A stretch of 56,135 nucleotides of DNA from Gemmatimonadota bacterium (GTDB lineage: Bacteria; Gemmatimonadota; Gemmatimonadetes; Gemmatimonadales; Gemmatimonadaceae), in contig JANMLN010000058.1 of assembly GCA_031372565.1 (NCBI GenBank), forward strand, positions 1 through 56,135, given 5' to 3'. This document shows, piece by piece, positions 46,101-55,400 of this stretch; the stretch's first letter is position 1, and every line of letters begins with the position of its first letter. The notes under the pieces are model-generated. The model ran no database searches. It worked only from the letters and a program-made list of their open reading frames with translations, and was not told the origin of the DNA. Made by a program: the position numbers and the translations under genes.

Positions 46101-46478
46101 CGTAACGCCTACACGCAGGCACGCGCACTGTCGGCGGCACTCGCGAGTGCCGGTGGTGCCGACGCGGAGGCGCTCCGCGCGCAGGTGGACTCGCTCGCCA
46201 GCGGTACCGCGCGTCTGGGCCGCGTGAGCCGTCGTCGTGGCGGCACCGCAGGACCGGTGACGCTCGATGCCGCGAGCAACGCGCTGCTGGCCGCGGCGAT
46301 GGCCATGCAGGGCGCCGACGTCGCGCCAACGGCCGTGCAGGTTGCGGCCTGCGACAAGGCCGTTGCACAGGCGGTCGAGGCGAACGCGAAGTGGCGATCG
46401 CTTTCGACAACGGGTCTCGCGGCGCTGAACGCCAAGCGGAAGGCAGCAGGCCAGGCGACGATCGAGCTGCCACGATGA
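43188..46478 (+). CDS. Exported VPS10/BNR (Asp-box) repeat beta-propeller, glycosyl hydrolase-like
   Basis: WRSIGP.RAGR, many S/T.D.G..W boxes, THGRGFWILD and PGRYTVRL. Signal peptide from GTG 43188 is inferred. Confidence 0.88.
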   Translation: MRIACLVSCVAVALGGLPVVAASQTVDPASAMHWRSIGPTRAGRARALAGVPTQPNLFYIGFDDGGLWRSTDYGSTWVPLFDKESTGSIGAIAVAPSDPNIIYVGTGAGIIRPDLATGNGLYKSTDAGKTWARIGLFDSQMIAMIDVDPRDANRFFVAVLGHPYGPNAERGVFRSLDGGRTMTKVLYRDEYTSANDVRIDPSDPNTVYATLWQQQQAFWEGGDFGGGGNGIFKSTDGGTSWKPLTEGLPTVLQANIAIAPSNAKRLYAMVASATATGASGPVGFYTSADAGEHWTTMTVGAASATTPAGVTADPRPLVRIGGGDLPTLAVDPKNEQVVYSASTVFWRTEDGGRSWSAVRGAPGGDDYQKAWINPLNPDILLVVADQGGVVSANRGVSWSNWYTQPTAAMYHVTTDLAFPYRVCSGQQDSGSACVDSRSNDGRITLHDWHPVNIQEYGIAAPDPRDPDQVFGSMRTNVSLFNRSTGQTTLVGPDMSAVGPNGERFNRNVRTMPIAWSPIDRATLYYVSNAVWKSTTRGSSWTRISPDLARATWEVPASAGKYASRVKPEPRGAITALSLSPKSAGTIWAGTDDGNIQVTTNGGTVWKNVTPAAITAWTRIFNIDAGHHDVRTAYAAANTIRIDDRRPHFWRTHDMGATWTEISTGLPDGAGANTIREDPAQPGLLYAGTDQQVWVSYDDGDHWQSLRVDMPAIAVRDLFVKDDATCHCADLVAGTHGRGFWILDNLTPLRQRAALVAAERAQAAYLVRPLVATRVRPAGNDPTPWPPEMPAGENPLPGALIDYYLPRDARGPVTIEIIDAAGKVIRTHSSAEPRLDPDPGVDAEAYDKLCRLKPTAVACSLPLYWNAPQMLVSPRAGMHRFSWDMRLAPLTASPIPEPGDEDATGAVPHHTWQPAPAPWATPGRYTVRLTVDGASLTQPLTLTLDPRVKTPAPALAQLAAVTKRTYDAAWTARNAYTQARALSAALASAGGADAEALRAQVDSLASGTARLGRVSRRRGGTAGPVTLDAASNALLAAAMAMQGADVAPTAVQVAACDKAVAQAVEANAKWRSLSTTGLAALNAKRKAAGQATIELPR

Positions 46479-47734
46479 AGCGGTGCGTCTGGGGGGCGCT
46501 GCTCACCGGTATGGTGAGCGGCGTTGCTCGCGCACAGGTCGCCCCCGTTCCCCGTCCGGCGCCGCCACCGCCGGTCGTCATCCTCACCGACCGCGCGCTC
46601 GACGGGCGCGGCGGCGAACTGCGTGATGCGCGCATCCGTGTCGAGGGCGGACGCATCGCGCAGCTCGATGCGGGCGCAGCGGCCACGAACGTGATCGACC
46701 TCCGCGGCTACACCGTGCTCCCCGGCTGGATTGACACGCACGTCCATCTCGATTCGCATTTCGACAAGACCGGTCGCATTGCCACCGGCACGGAGCCACC
46801 GCTCGAGCAGGCGTTGGGCATCGCCCACGCGGCTTGGGAAACGCTCATGGGCGGATTCACCACGGTGCAGTCCGTTGGTGAGATGGTCGAGCGCCCGCTC
46901 CGTGACGCCATCCGCGGTCACGGCTTTCCCGGCCCACGTGTCCTGACGTCACTGGCGCCGATCATCGGTCGCGGTGATTCCACCGGCACCGCTGAGCAAC
47001 TGCGCGCCCTGGTGCGCGAGCGACAGGCGCAGGGTGCCGACCTGATCAAGATCTTTGCCTCCACCAGCCAGCGCGTTGGCGCCCTGCCGACGCTCTCGCT
47101 CGCACAACTCACGATCCTCTGCGGCGAGGCGAAGGCGCGCGGGCTGCGCAGCATGGTGCATGCGTACCGCGCGCAGGTGGCCGTCGCTGCGCGTGCGGGG
47201 TGCACACAGGACGAGCACATGACCTACGCCACGCGCGCCGACATCGAGGTCGCCGCGCGTGCCGGCACCTACCTCAGCCCGCAGGTCGGCCTCGTCGTCC
47301 AGAACTACATCGCCAACAAGGCGCGCTACCTGGGCGTGGGCAACTACACCGAGGCCGGCATGCAGACCATGCTGAATGATCTGCCGCTCGACTTCGAGGT
47401 CTGTCGGTTGAGCGTGAATGCGCCGGGTGCCAAGGTCGTGTTCAGCACCGATGCGACCGCAGGCGCACACGGCCGCAACGCCGAGGAGTTCATTGGGCGC
47501 GTGGAGCACTGCGGGGTGACACCGATGGCGGCGCTCGTGTCGGCGAATGCGCTGGCGGCGGAGTCGATGGGATTGGGCGACCGCATCGGCGCGCTGGCAC
47601 CGGGCTACGAGGCCGATATTATCGCGCTCGACGGCGACCCGACCACGGATATCACCGCCGTACGCCGCGTCGTGTTCGTGATGCGGGGTGGCGTCGTGTA
47701 CAAGTCGACTGGCGCACGGGGCGTTGCCCGGTAG
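46475..47734 (+). CDS. Exported amidohydrolase family protein
   Basis: Signal peptide, PGWIDTHVH, GFTTV, IKIFA, EH, STD and G.L.PG..ADII..DGDP. ATGA overlap. Confidence 0.9.
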   Translation: MKRCVWGALLTGMVSGVARAQVAPVPRPAPPPPVVILTDRALDGRGGELRDARIRVEGGRIAQLDAGAAATNVIDLRGYTVLPGWIDTHVHLDSHFDKTGRIATGTEPPLEQALGIAHAAWETLMGGFTTVQSVGEMVERPLRDAIRGHGFPGPRVLTSLAPIIGRGDSTGTAEQLRALVRERQAQGADLIKIFASTSQRVGALPTLSLAQLTILCGEAKARGLRSMVHAYRAQVAVAARAGCTQDEHMTYATRADIEVAARAGTYLSPQVGLVVQNYIANKARYLGVGNYTEAGMQTMLNDLPLDFEVCRLSVNAPGAKVVFSTDATAGAHGRNAEEFIGRVEHCGVTPMAALVSANALAAESMGLGDRIGALAPGYEADIIALDGDPTTDITAVRRVVFVMRGGVVYKSTGARGVAR

Positions 47735-47804
47735 CCCGCCAGCGCACACCGTGATGTCGCGGCCGAGATGGCGTGGCCCGTGGCGCGGCGGTTAGTTTCG
47801 CCGC

Positions 47805-49043
47805 ATGACTCATCTGCAGCTCGTGCGTGGCGTGTGTGCCGCCGCCGCGCTCGTCGCCAGTGCCGTCGGCGCACAGGCACCCCGCACGGCGCGCGACACG
47901 GCGCGCTCATCCGACTTCCTGTACCTCTGGACTGCGTCGTTTGACCCGGCGCAGCCTGACTTCCTCGCGGTGCTCGACGTGCGCCCCAAGGGCGACCGCT
48001 ACGGCGCGCTGGTGACCACCGTTGCCGTCCCCGGCACGGGCAATCGTCCGCACCACACCGAGCACCAACTCGCCCCCGGCGGTCGCCTCTTCGCCAATGG
48101 CTTTGCCACGGGACAGTCGTGGATCTTCGACCTGTCGAAACCGGCCGCACCGCGCATCGCGTCACAGTTCGGCGATCTCGCAGGCATGATGCATCCGCAC
48201 ACCTTCGTGCGCATGCCCAACGGGAACGTGCTCGCCACTTTCCAGATGCGTCACGGCGCCACGGGCGCGGTCCCTGGCGGACTCGTGGAGATGAGCCCGA
48301 CCGGGAAGGTGCTGCGCAGCGTCTCCGCCAACGGGCGGGGGGTCGATCCACTCGTGCGCCCGTACTCCGCCGGCATCATGCCGTCGCTCGACCGGATCGT
48401 CACGACCACAAGCGACATGGACGGCAAGAAGGACATCCGCGCGGTGCAGGTGTGGCGACTCTCGGACCTCAAGCTCCTCTCGACGATCGATCTTCCCAAC
48501 GGCCCGCGGGGTGACGAAGGCGAGGCGACGGCCGAACCGCGGCTCACTGCCGACGGCCGGACGATGCTCGTCTCGACCTTCAACTGCGGCCTCTACATGA
48601 TGGACGGGCTCGGCACTTCACAGCCCAGTGGTCGCCTCGTGGCGTCGTTCCCGCGCAAGGACGGCACGAACTGCGCCATCCCCGTCATCAGCGGGCACTA
48701 CTACCTGATGACCGTCCCCGCCTGGAGCGCGGTGGTCGTGCTCGACATCGCCGATCCCGCGCACCCGCGCGAAGTGTCACGCGCCACGCTGGGCCCCGAC
48801 GACGTGCCGCACTGGATCTCCATGGAACCGAACCAGCGGCGCCTCGTCGTGACCGGCTACAAGGGGATGATGCACCGTGTGCACATCGCGACCTTCGATC
48901 CGGCCACCGGGCAGCTCCGCTGGGACGAGCGCTTTCGCGAGCCGGGCGCCACCACGCACGGCTACACGATGACCGGCAAGACGTGGCCGCACGGTGGCGC
49001 CGCGGCGGGGGTGCCGCACGGCGCGGTGTTCAGCCTTCCGTAG
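47805..49043 (+). CDS. Exported beta-propeller protein, distantly SBP56/methanethiol-oxidase-like
   Basis: Signal peptide, DFLAV.DV......YG..V, PHHTEH, PHWI and PHGAVF. Confidence 0.6.
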   Translation: MTHLQLVRGVCAAAALVASAVGAQAPRTARDTARSSDFLYLWTASFDPAQPDFLAVLDVRPKGDRYGALVTTVAVPGTGNRPHHTEHQLAPGGRLFANGFATGQSWIFDLSKPAAPRIASQFGDLAGMMHPHTFVRMPNGNVLATFQMRHGATGAVPGGLVEMSPTGKVLRSVSANGRGVDPLVRPYSAGIMPSLDRIVTTTSDMDGKKDIRAVQVWRLSDLKLLSTIDLPNGPRGDEGEATAEPRLTADGRTMLVSTFNCGLYMMDGLGTSQPSGRLVASFPRKDGTNCAIPVISGHYYLMTVPAWSAVVVLDIADPAHPREVSRATLGPDDVPHWISMEPNQRRLVVTGYKGMMHRVHIATFDPATGQLRWDERFREPGATTHGYTMTGKTWPHGGAAAGVPHGAVFSLP

Positions 49044-49053
49044 CAGCGCGCAC

Positions 49054-52000
49054 TCAGCGACAGCCGGACGAAGCCGGGCTTGTGCTGCGCACCGTGAGTG
49101 GTGATCGCCCACGCTGTTGCAGGACGCTATTCGCCGCTGGTAGCGCGGTACGCACCACACGCGTCCAGCGCGCCTCGGTGCCCTGCAGATCGCGACAGGC
49201 CGCCGCGTAGGCCGCCAGCATGGCGGCCGTCGGCGCGAGATCGCCGTTCTCCTGCGCCGTGAACTGCTGCACGAAGGTCGCGTTGAGCGTGCGGAACGAG
49301 GGCGGCGCGCCACCGCCGAGTGAGCGCCGACCGGGTGCAGCCCCCGCAACAGAGTCGAGGATCGCCGTGAGCGATGCAATCGCCGGCGCGCTCGCGAGCG
49401 ACGCATCGGCCGCGATCGCCCCCGAGATCCCATCACGCAGCGCCTCGGCCACCTGCTGCGCGTCGTAGCTCAGGCGGGCCCCTGCGCCGAGTGACGCGAA
49501 TAGCGCGTGTTGCGCGGCCAAGGCGGTCGGCGTGGCCGGTGATCGCGGATCGTTCCGCACGGTGACCGTCTGCGTGCTGGACACGCCGTCGACGGTGAGC
49601 GTCAGCGTGTAGGTGCCGGGCAGTGCGAGTGCCCCCTCGGGCGAGGGCGGCGTCAGCCCCGGGTTCGCGTTGATCTCGAAGCTGTGCGTGAACGACGCTG
49701 GCGCCTCGTGGCGCAGGTCCCAGTGGACGCGGTGCATGCCGGCGCTGGTCGGCAGCGGCGATGGAACCGCCATCCAGAAATCCGGATGCGGCGGCTTGGC
49801 GGCTTCGCTGACCGGTGCCTGTGCCACGCTCGAGAGGCGACGGACCAACCCACCGCGCGCGTCGAAGACGTCGAGTGTCACGGCTCCCGCGGCCGGCGAT
49901 GCAAGCCAGTAATCCACGATCACGCCATCCAGCGGATTCTCGGCATGCGGAATCTCGGGCGGGAAGGGGGTGTTCCAGCTCGTGTTGCGGCGCACGCGCA
50001 CCGCGGCGCCCGGGGCGAACAGCTGCGCACGCGCGCTGGCGGACGCCACCGACAGCTGCCGCAGCCGCGAGATGTCGTCGAGGATCCAGATGCCGCGACC
50101 ATGCGTCGCGATGACGAGGTCGATGTCTTTCACGACGATGTCGCGCACCGGCGTGTTCGGCAGGCCGTCCATGAGTGGCTGCCAGTGGTCGCCGTCGTCG
50201 AACGACACGCGCACGCCGCTCTCGGTGCCCGCATAGAGCAGCCCTGCACGCTTCGTGTCCGCGCGAATCACCCGCGCGAAGCTGCCGCTCGGTTCGTCGC
50301 TGGGCAGCCCCGTGGTGATGCGCGTCCAGGTGCGGCCGAAGTCGCGCGTACGATACAGGTATGGCGCGTGATCGCCCATGCGCAGGTACTCGATCGCCAC
50401 GTACGCGGTGCCGGCGTCGTGGTGTGAGGCCGCGATCGCGGACACGTTGGCGCGTCGCGGAGTGGGCAGGCCCGGGATGCTCACATCGGTCCACGTCTTG
50501 CCCGCGTCGCGCGTGACATGCACGAGGCCATTGCCGGTGCCGACCCAGAGCACGCCCTTCGCGATCGTCGACGCCGCCATCGACTCGATCGTGCCGCGCC
50601 CGCCCGTGATCTTCGCCGCCGCCGCGGAGTCGAGCCCCTTCGGGAGCCCCAAGTCGGGCGAGAGGCGTGTCCAGTGCGCCCCCGCGTCGGTGGTCGAGAA
50701 GACGTGATCAAGACCGAACAACAGCTGGCTCCCGTTCCACGGCGCCCAGAGGAGCGGCTGCCCCGCACCCGGCCCCACGCGAACCGTCGGATCAATGGCC
50801 GGACTCACGCTGATCCACTGCTCGCTCGGGTAGGTGATCTGCACCAACCCGTTGCCGCTCGCGTACACGACGTTCGGGTTCTTCGGATCGGGCACGATGT
50901 GCCCCCACTCCCAGCCATTCACCGGATTCCAGTCGTGCATCGTGATGGCGCCGTTGTTGCCGCGGCTGCGTGTCCGGATCGCGCCGGCATCCTGCTGCGT
51001 GCCATAGATCCAGTACGGATACGACTGGTCCGTGGACACATGATAGACCTGCTCCGTGGACTGGTTGTACCACGAGCTCCAGGTGGCGCCGCCATCAAGC
51101 GTGACGGTGGCACCCTGGTCGAGGCCCAGCAGCATGCGCTTGCCATCGGTGGGATCAACCCACAACTGCTGCGGATCGTCGCCACCGGGCGCACCCTTCA
51201 GGCCGGCGAACGTCTTGCCGCCGTCGACCGACTTGTACGCGGCGGTGTTGATCGTGTACACGACGTCGGGATGCTGCGGGTCCACGTACACGCCGCAGCT
51301 GTAGCCGCCCTGCCCATTCCGGATGCGCTCGTCATCGGCGGCCATCGCGGTCCACGTCGCGCCGCCATCATCCGAACGGAACAGTCCCGTGTTGCTGATC
51401 AGGAACAGTCGCTGCGCATTGGTGCCCATCGCGACCGCCATGCAGGTGCGCCCTTCAAGCTTTGGCAGGCCGCGCGTCACCACTTCGCGCCAGGTCACGC
51501 CGCCGTCCGCGGACCGATAGATCGCCGTGCCGGTGTAGGACGTGTCCGCGCGGGTGCGCGTACCCAGCCCGTACTGCCACATGCGCAAACTGCGCTGCGC
51601 ATAGTCGGGGCCGACCCAGTGCGTCACGGTCGTCGCGTATACCACCTGCGGCACGTCGAAGGCACGCGCGAGCTTGGCGATCCCCGTCGCGTCGTCCACA
51701 TACAGCGTCTTGTTCCACGTGCGGCCGCCGTCCGTGGAACGGAAGACGCCCCGCATCTCGCTGCGCGCGCGATGGTCGCCGAGCGCACCAACGAGCAGGG
51801 TGTTCGGATCCTTCGGGTCCACGAGCATCGTCTGGATGTGGCGCGTCGCCGCGAGCCCGAGATGCTGCCACGTCCGCCCCGCGTCGACCGACTTGTACAC
51901 CCCGTTCCCCTGGTCAAGCGTTCCGCCCGTGGTCATGTCCCCCGTACCCACGTACACGACATTCGCGTCGCTCGGCGCCACCTCGACCGCCCCCACCGAC

Positions 52001-52281
52001 GATACCTCGCGCACGCTGTCGAAGATCGGGACCCAGGTCTGCCCGGCGTTCGTGGTCTTCCACACGCCGCCGCCGGGATACCCGGCGTAGAAGACCCCCG
52101 GCTCACCAATCACGCCCGACACGCCGCCCACGCGCCCGCCACGGAACGGGCCGACGTTGCGCCAGGGAAGCGCGTCCAGCAAGCGCGGATCAACGGGTCC
52201 CTGTGCGGCAAGGGGCTTCGCGGCGGCGCTGCATGCAAACGCGGCGAACAGCGAAGTGACGGCAGCCAGACGGCGCAGCAT
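49054..52281 (-). CDS. Second exported VPS10/BNR repeat glycosyl hydrolase-like protein
   Basis: WRNVGPFRGGR, Asp boxes and THGRGIWILDD. The real start is MLRRLAA at 52281, because the upstream ORF extension is antisense to gltB. Confidence 0.88.
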   Translation of the reverse strand: MLRRLAAVTSLFAAFACSAAAKPLAAQGPVDPRLLDALPWRNVGPFRGGRVGGVSGVIGEPGVFYAGYPGGGVWKTTNAGQTWVPIFDSVREVSSVGAVEVAPSDANVVYVGTGDMTTGGTLDQGNGVYKSVDAGRTWQHLGLAATRHIQTMLVDPKDPNTLLVGALGDHRARSEMRGVFRSTDGGRTWNKTLYVDDATGIAKLARAFDVPQVVYATTVTHWVGPDYAQRSLRMWQYGLGTRTRADTSYTGTAIYRSADGGVTWREVVTRGLPKLEGRTCMAVAMGTNAQRLFLISNTGLFRSDDGGATWTAMAADDERIRNGQGGYSCGVYVDPQHPDVVYTINTAAYKSVDGGKTFAGLKGAPGGDDPQQLWVDPTDGKRMLLGLDQGATVTLDGGATWSSWYNQSTEQVYHVSTDQSYPYWIYGTQQDAGAIRTRSRGNNGAITMHDWNPVNGWEWGHIVPDPKNPNVVYASGNGLVQITYPSEQWISVSPAIDPTVRVGPGAGQPLLWAPWNGSQLLFGLDHVFSTTDAGAHWTRLSPDLGLPKGLDSAAAAKITGGRGTIESMAASTIAKGVLWVGTGNGLVHVTRDAGKTWTDVSIPGLPTPRRANVSAIAASHHDAGTAYVAIEYLRMGDHAPYLYRTRDFGRTWTRITTGLPSDEPSGSFARVIRADTKRAGLLYAGTESGVRVSFDDGDHWQPLMDGLPNTPVRDIVVKDIDLVIATHGRGIWILDDISRLRQLSVASASARAQLFAPGAAVRVRRNTSWNTPFPPEIPHAENPLDGVIVDYWLASPAAGAVTLDVFDARGGLVRRLSSVAQAPVSEAAKPPHPDFWMAVPSPLPTSAGMHRVHWDLRHEAPASFTHSFEINANPGLTPPSPEGALALPGTYTLTLTVDGVSSTQTVTVRNDPRSPATPTALAAQHALFASLGAGARLSYDAQQVAEALRDGISGAIAADASLASAPAIASLTAILDSVAGAAPGRRSLGGGAPPSFRTLNATFVQQFTAQENGDLAPTAAMLAAYAAACRDLQGTEARWTRVVRTALPAANSVLQQRGRSPLTVRSTSPASSGCR

Positions 52282-52354
52282 GGCAACTCTCGATGAGACA
52301 GGACGTTCGGAGCGCCACTCGGTCGAGCAGCGCGGGTAAGGTAGCGCCCGCCGC

Positions 52355-52413
52355 TTGACGAAAGGCGCGCGCGGCATAATCATGCGTGCATCGTGCAAAA
52401 TAATGCAGTTGCA
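52355..52413 (+). promoter_or_regulatory. gltB promoter region: -35 TTGACG and TGCA repeat cluster
   Basis: TTGACG at 52355-52360, CATAATCAT at 52375-52383 and four TGCA motifs at 52387-52413. Confidence 0.4.
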
Positions 52414-55400
52414 CCCGTTGGCGCTCCCGATGAGCGCCACGCCGCCCGTGGCGCGTTCGCCCTCGACGACCACCTGAATTCGCCCTACGCGGCGCACGAC
52501 GCGTGCGGCACGGGGTTTGTCGCGCGCGCGGATGGCGCGCGCACGCGAGAGGTCGTCGCGATGGCGCTGGAAGCGCTCGCGCGCGTGGCGCACCGCGGCG
52601 GCGCGGCCACGGATGGCTCGGGTGACGGAGCGGGCATCCTCACGCAGATCCCGCAGGAGCTGCTGCGCACCGCCCCACGCCCCATGGCTGCAGCCACTGG
52701 AGGCGACCTCCCCTTCGCGGTGGGCATGTTCTTCATTCCGAGCGCTCCCGCCGCGCGCGATCGTGCGCTCGACATGATCGAGGGCGTGCTGTCGGACGAC
52801 GGCTTGCCGTTCCTCGGTTGGCGCGCGGTTCCCGTCGACTCCGCCGTGCTCGGCCCCACCGCCGCGTCGGCCGAGCCGATCATCATGCAGGCGTTCGTGG
52901 GCCAGCCGATGGGCGCAGCCGACGACGACGCCTGGGAGCGACAGCTCTACCTCGCGCGCCGCGACATGGAGCATCGGGCGGTCGCCGAGGGGTTGGCCGG
53001 CTTCTACGTCTGCTCGCTCTCCTGTCGTACGATCGTGTACAAGGCGCTCGTCACGGGCAGCGTCTTGCCGGCGTTCTATCCCGACCTGCGCGATGATCGC
53101 TTCACGTCGGCGCTCGCCATCTTCCACGAGCGCTACGCCACCAACACGCTGCCGCGCTGGGAACTGGCGCAGCCGTTCCGCTTTCTGGCGCACAACGGCG
53201 AGATCAACACGATCTGGGGAAACCGCAATGCCATGGCGATGCGGCAGGGGATGCTCGCATCGCGGCTCTTCGGCGAGAAGATGGATCGCCTGCGCGACGT
53301 GATCGTGCCCGGCATGAGCGACTCCGCCTCGCTCGACAATGCGCTCGAACTCCTGCTGCGCACCGGGTGCACGCCGGTGCACGCGGTGATGATGCTGGTG
53401 CCGCAGGCGTGGGAGCGCTTCCCTGACGTCGAGCCCGCCATCCGGGCGTTCTACGAGTACCACCAGTGCGTCATCGAGCCATGGGATGGCCCGGCTGCGC
53501 TCGCGTACTCCGACGGCGTCGCGGCCGCGATGTCGCTGGACCGCAACGGGCTGCGCCCCAGCCGCTACAAGGTGCGCGCCGATGGCCTCGTGATCGCCGG
53601 GAGCGAAGTGGGGCTCGCCGACTTTGCCGTGGGCGAGATCGTGGAGAGCGGCAAGCTCGGCCCCGGCTCGATGCTCGTTGTCGATACGGCGAGCGGACGC
53701 ATCATGAAGAGCCTCGAGGCCAAGCGCGAAGTCGCGGCCCGCAAGCCGTACGGCAAGTGGGTGGCCCAGTACATGTCGACGTTGTCGCTGGATCCGGGCA
53801 CCACGCCGCTCATTCTGCCTGCGACCAGCCTGCGCCGGACACAGCGCGCCTTTGGCCATGGATTCGAATCACTGCGCTTCGTGCTCGAGCCGATGGCCGG
53901 TGGAGGCGCCGATGCCGTCTGGTCGATGGGCGATGACGCGCCCATCCCGCCGCTCGCGCAGGTCCCGCCGTCCCCGTACGGCTACCTGCGGCAACGGTTC
54001 GCGCAGGTGACCAACCCGCCCATCGACTCGTTGCGTGAGGCGATGGTGATGTCGCTGCGCATGCACATCGGGCGGCGCGGATCGCCGCTCGAGGAGCGGC
54101 CCTCGTATGCGCGCATGCTGCGCATCGAGCATCCGGTGCTGATGCCCCGCGAGATGGACGAACTGCGCGCATTGCCGCGGTTCCCGTCCGAACTGCTCGA
54201 TGCCACCTGGCCCGCGCACCACGGACCCGATGGCCTCGTGCGCGCGCTCGACTCACTCTGCCACGCCGCCGAGCGTGCCGCGCGCCGCGGCGTGCCCCTG
54301 CTCATCGTGAGTGATCGCGCGGCAGGGCCCGAGCGGGCGCCGCTGCCTGCGCTGCTCGCCGTGGGCGCGGTGCGACAGCACCTCGTGCGCACGGGGCTGC
54401 GCGCACAGGTCGGGCTCGTGGTCGAAGCCGGCGATGCGATGGATGCGCACGACATCGCGGCACTGATCGGCTACGGCGCGGAGGCGGTGCATCCGTGGCT
54501 CGCGATGGCGAGCGCTGCGGCCATGTTTGCCGAAGCGCCCGATCACGGCCGCGGCAGCGACACAGGCGTGGAGCGCCCGAGTCCAGCCGATGCGCAACTC
54601 CGGCTGCGGAGCGCGCTGGGCAAGGGGTTGCTCAAGATCCTCGCCAAGCTGGGCATCTCCACCTTGTCGTCGTACTGCGGCGCGCAGACCTTCGACGCAC
54701 TGGGGCTCGGTGCCGAGGTGGTGGACCGCTGCTTTGGCGGCACGGTATCACCGTTGGGTGGCGTGGGCTTCCACGAGATCGCCGTCGATGTGCTGGCCCA
54801 CCACGCCGCCGCATTCGGCGCCGACGTCGTGGAGTCGCTCCCCGACCTCGGGCGCGTGCGGTACCGGAAGGATGGCGACGAGCACGCGTGGGCTCCGCCG
54901 GTGGTGGTCGCGTTGCAAGCCGCAGTGGGCAGCGGCCGGGCCGTCCGCACCGGTGGCACCGCGAGCGCCGCGGGATACGACGCGTACATGACGGCCGCGA
55001 CCGCGCGCCGCCCGACCGCGCCGCGCGACTTGCTGGGCTTCCGCGCGCAGCGGCCGGTTCCACTCGACGAAGTCGAACCCGCCGAGGCGATCCGCCAGCG
55101 ATTCGTGTCGAGCGCCATGTCGCTCGGCGCGCTGTCTCCCGAGGCCCACGCCACGCTCTCGATCGCGATGAACCGGATGGGCGCACGTTCGAACTCCGGC
55201 GAGGGCGGCGAGGATCCGGCGCTCTATCGTGTGCCCGAGGGCAACGATCGCGCGGACAACCGGATCAAGCAGGTCGCCTCGGGCCGCTTCGGCGTGACGA
55301 CCGAGTACCTGGTCCGGGCCGAAGAACTGGAGATCAAGATCGTGCAGGGGGCCAAGCCGGGCGAAGGTGGGCAGCTGCCCGCGCACAAGGTCACCGACCT

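Noticed and set aside
52282..53859. N-terminal ~525 aa of the 1601-aa minus-strand ORF
   Set aside because: It is the antisense shadow of gltB. The real protein starts with a signal peptide at 52281.
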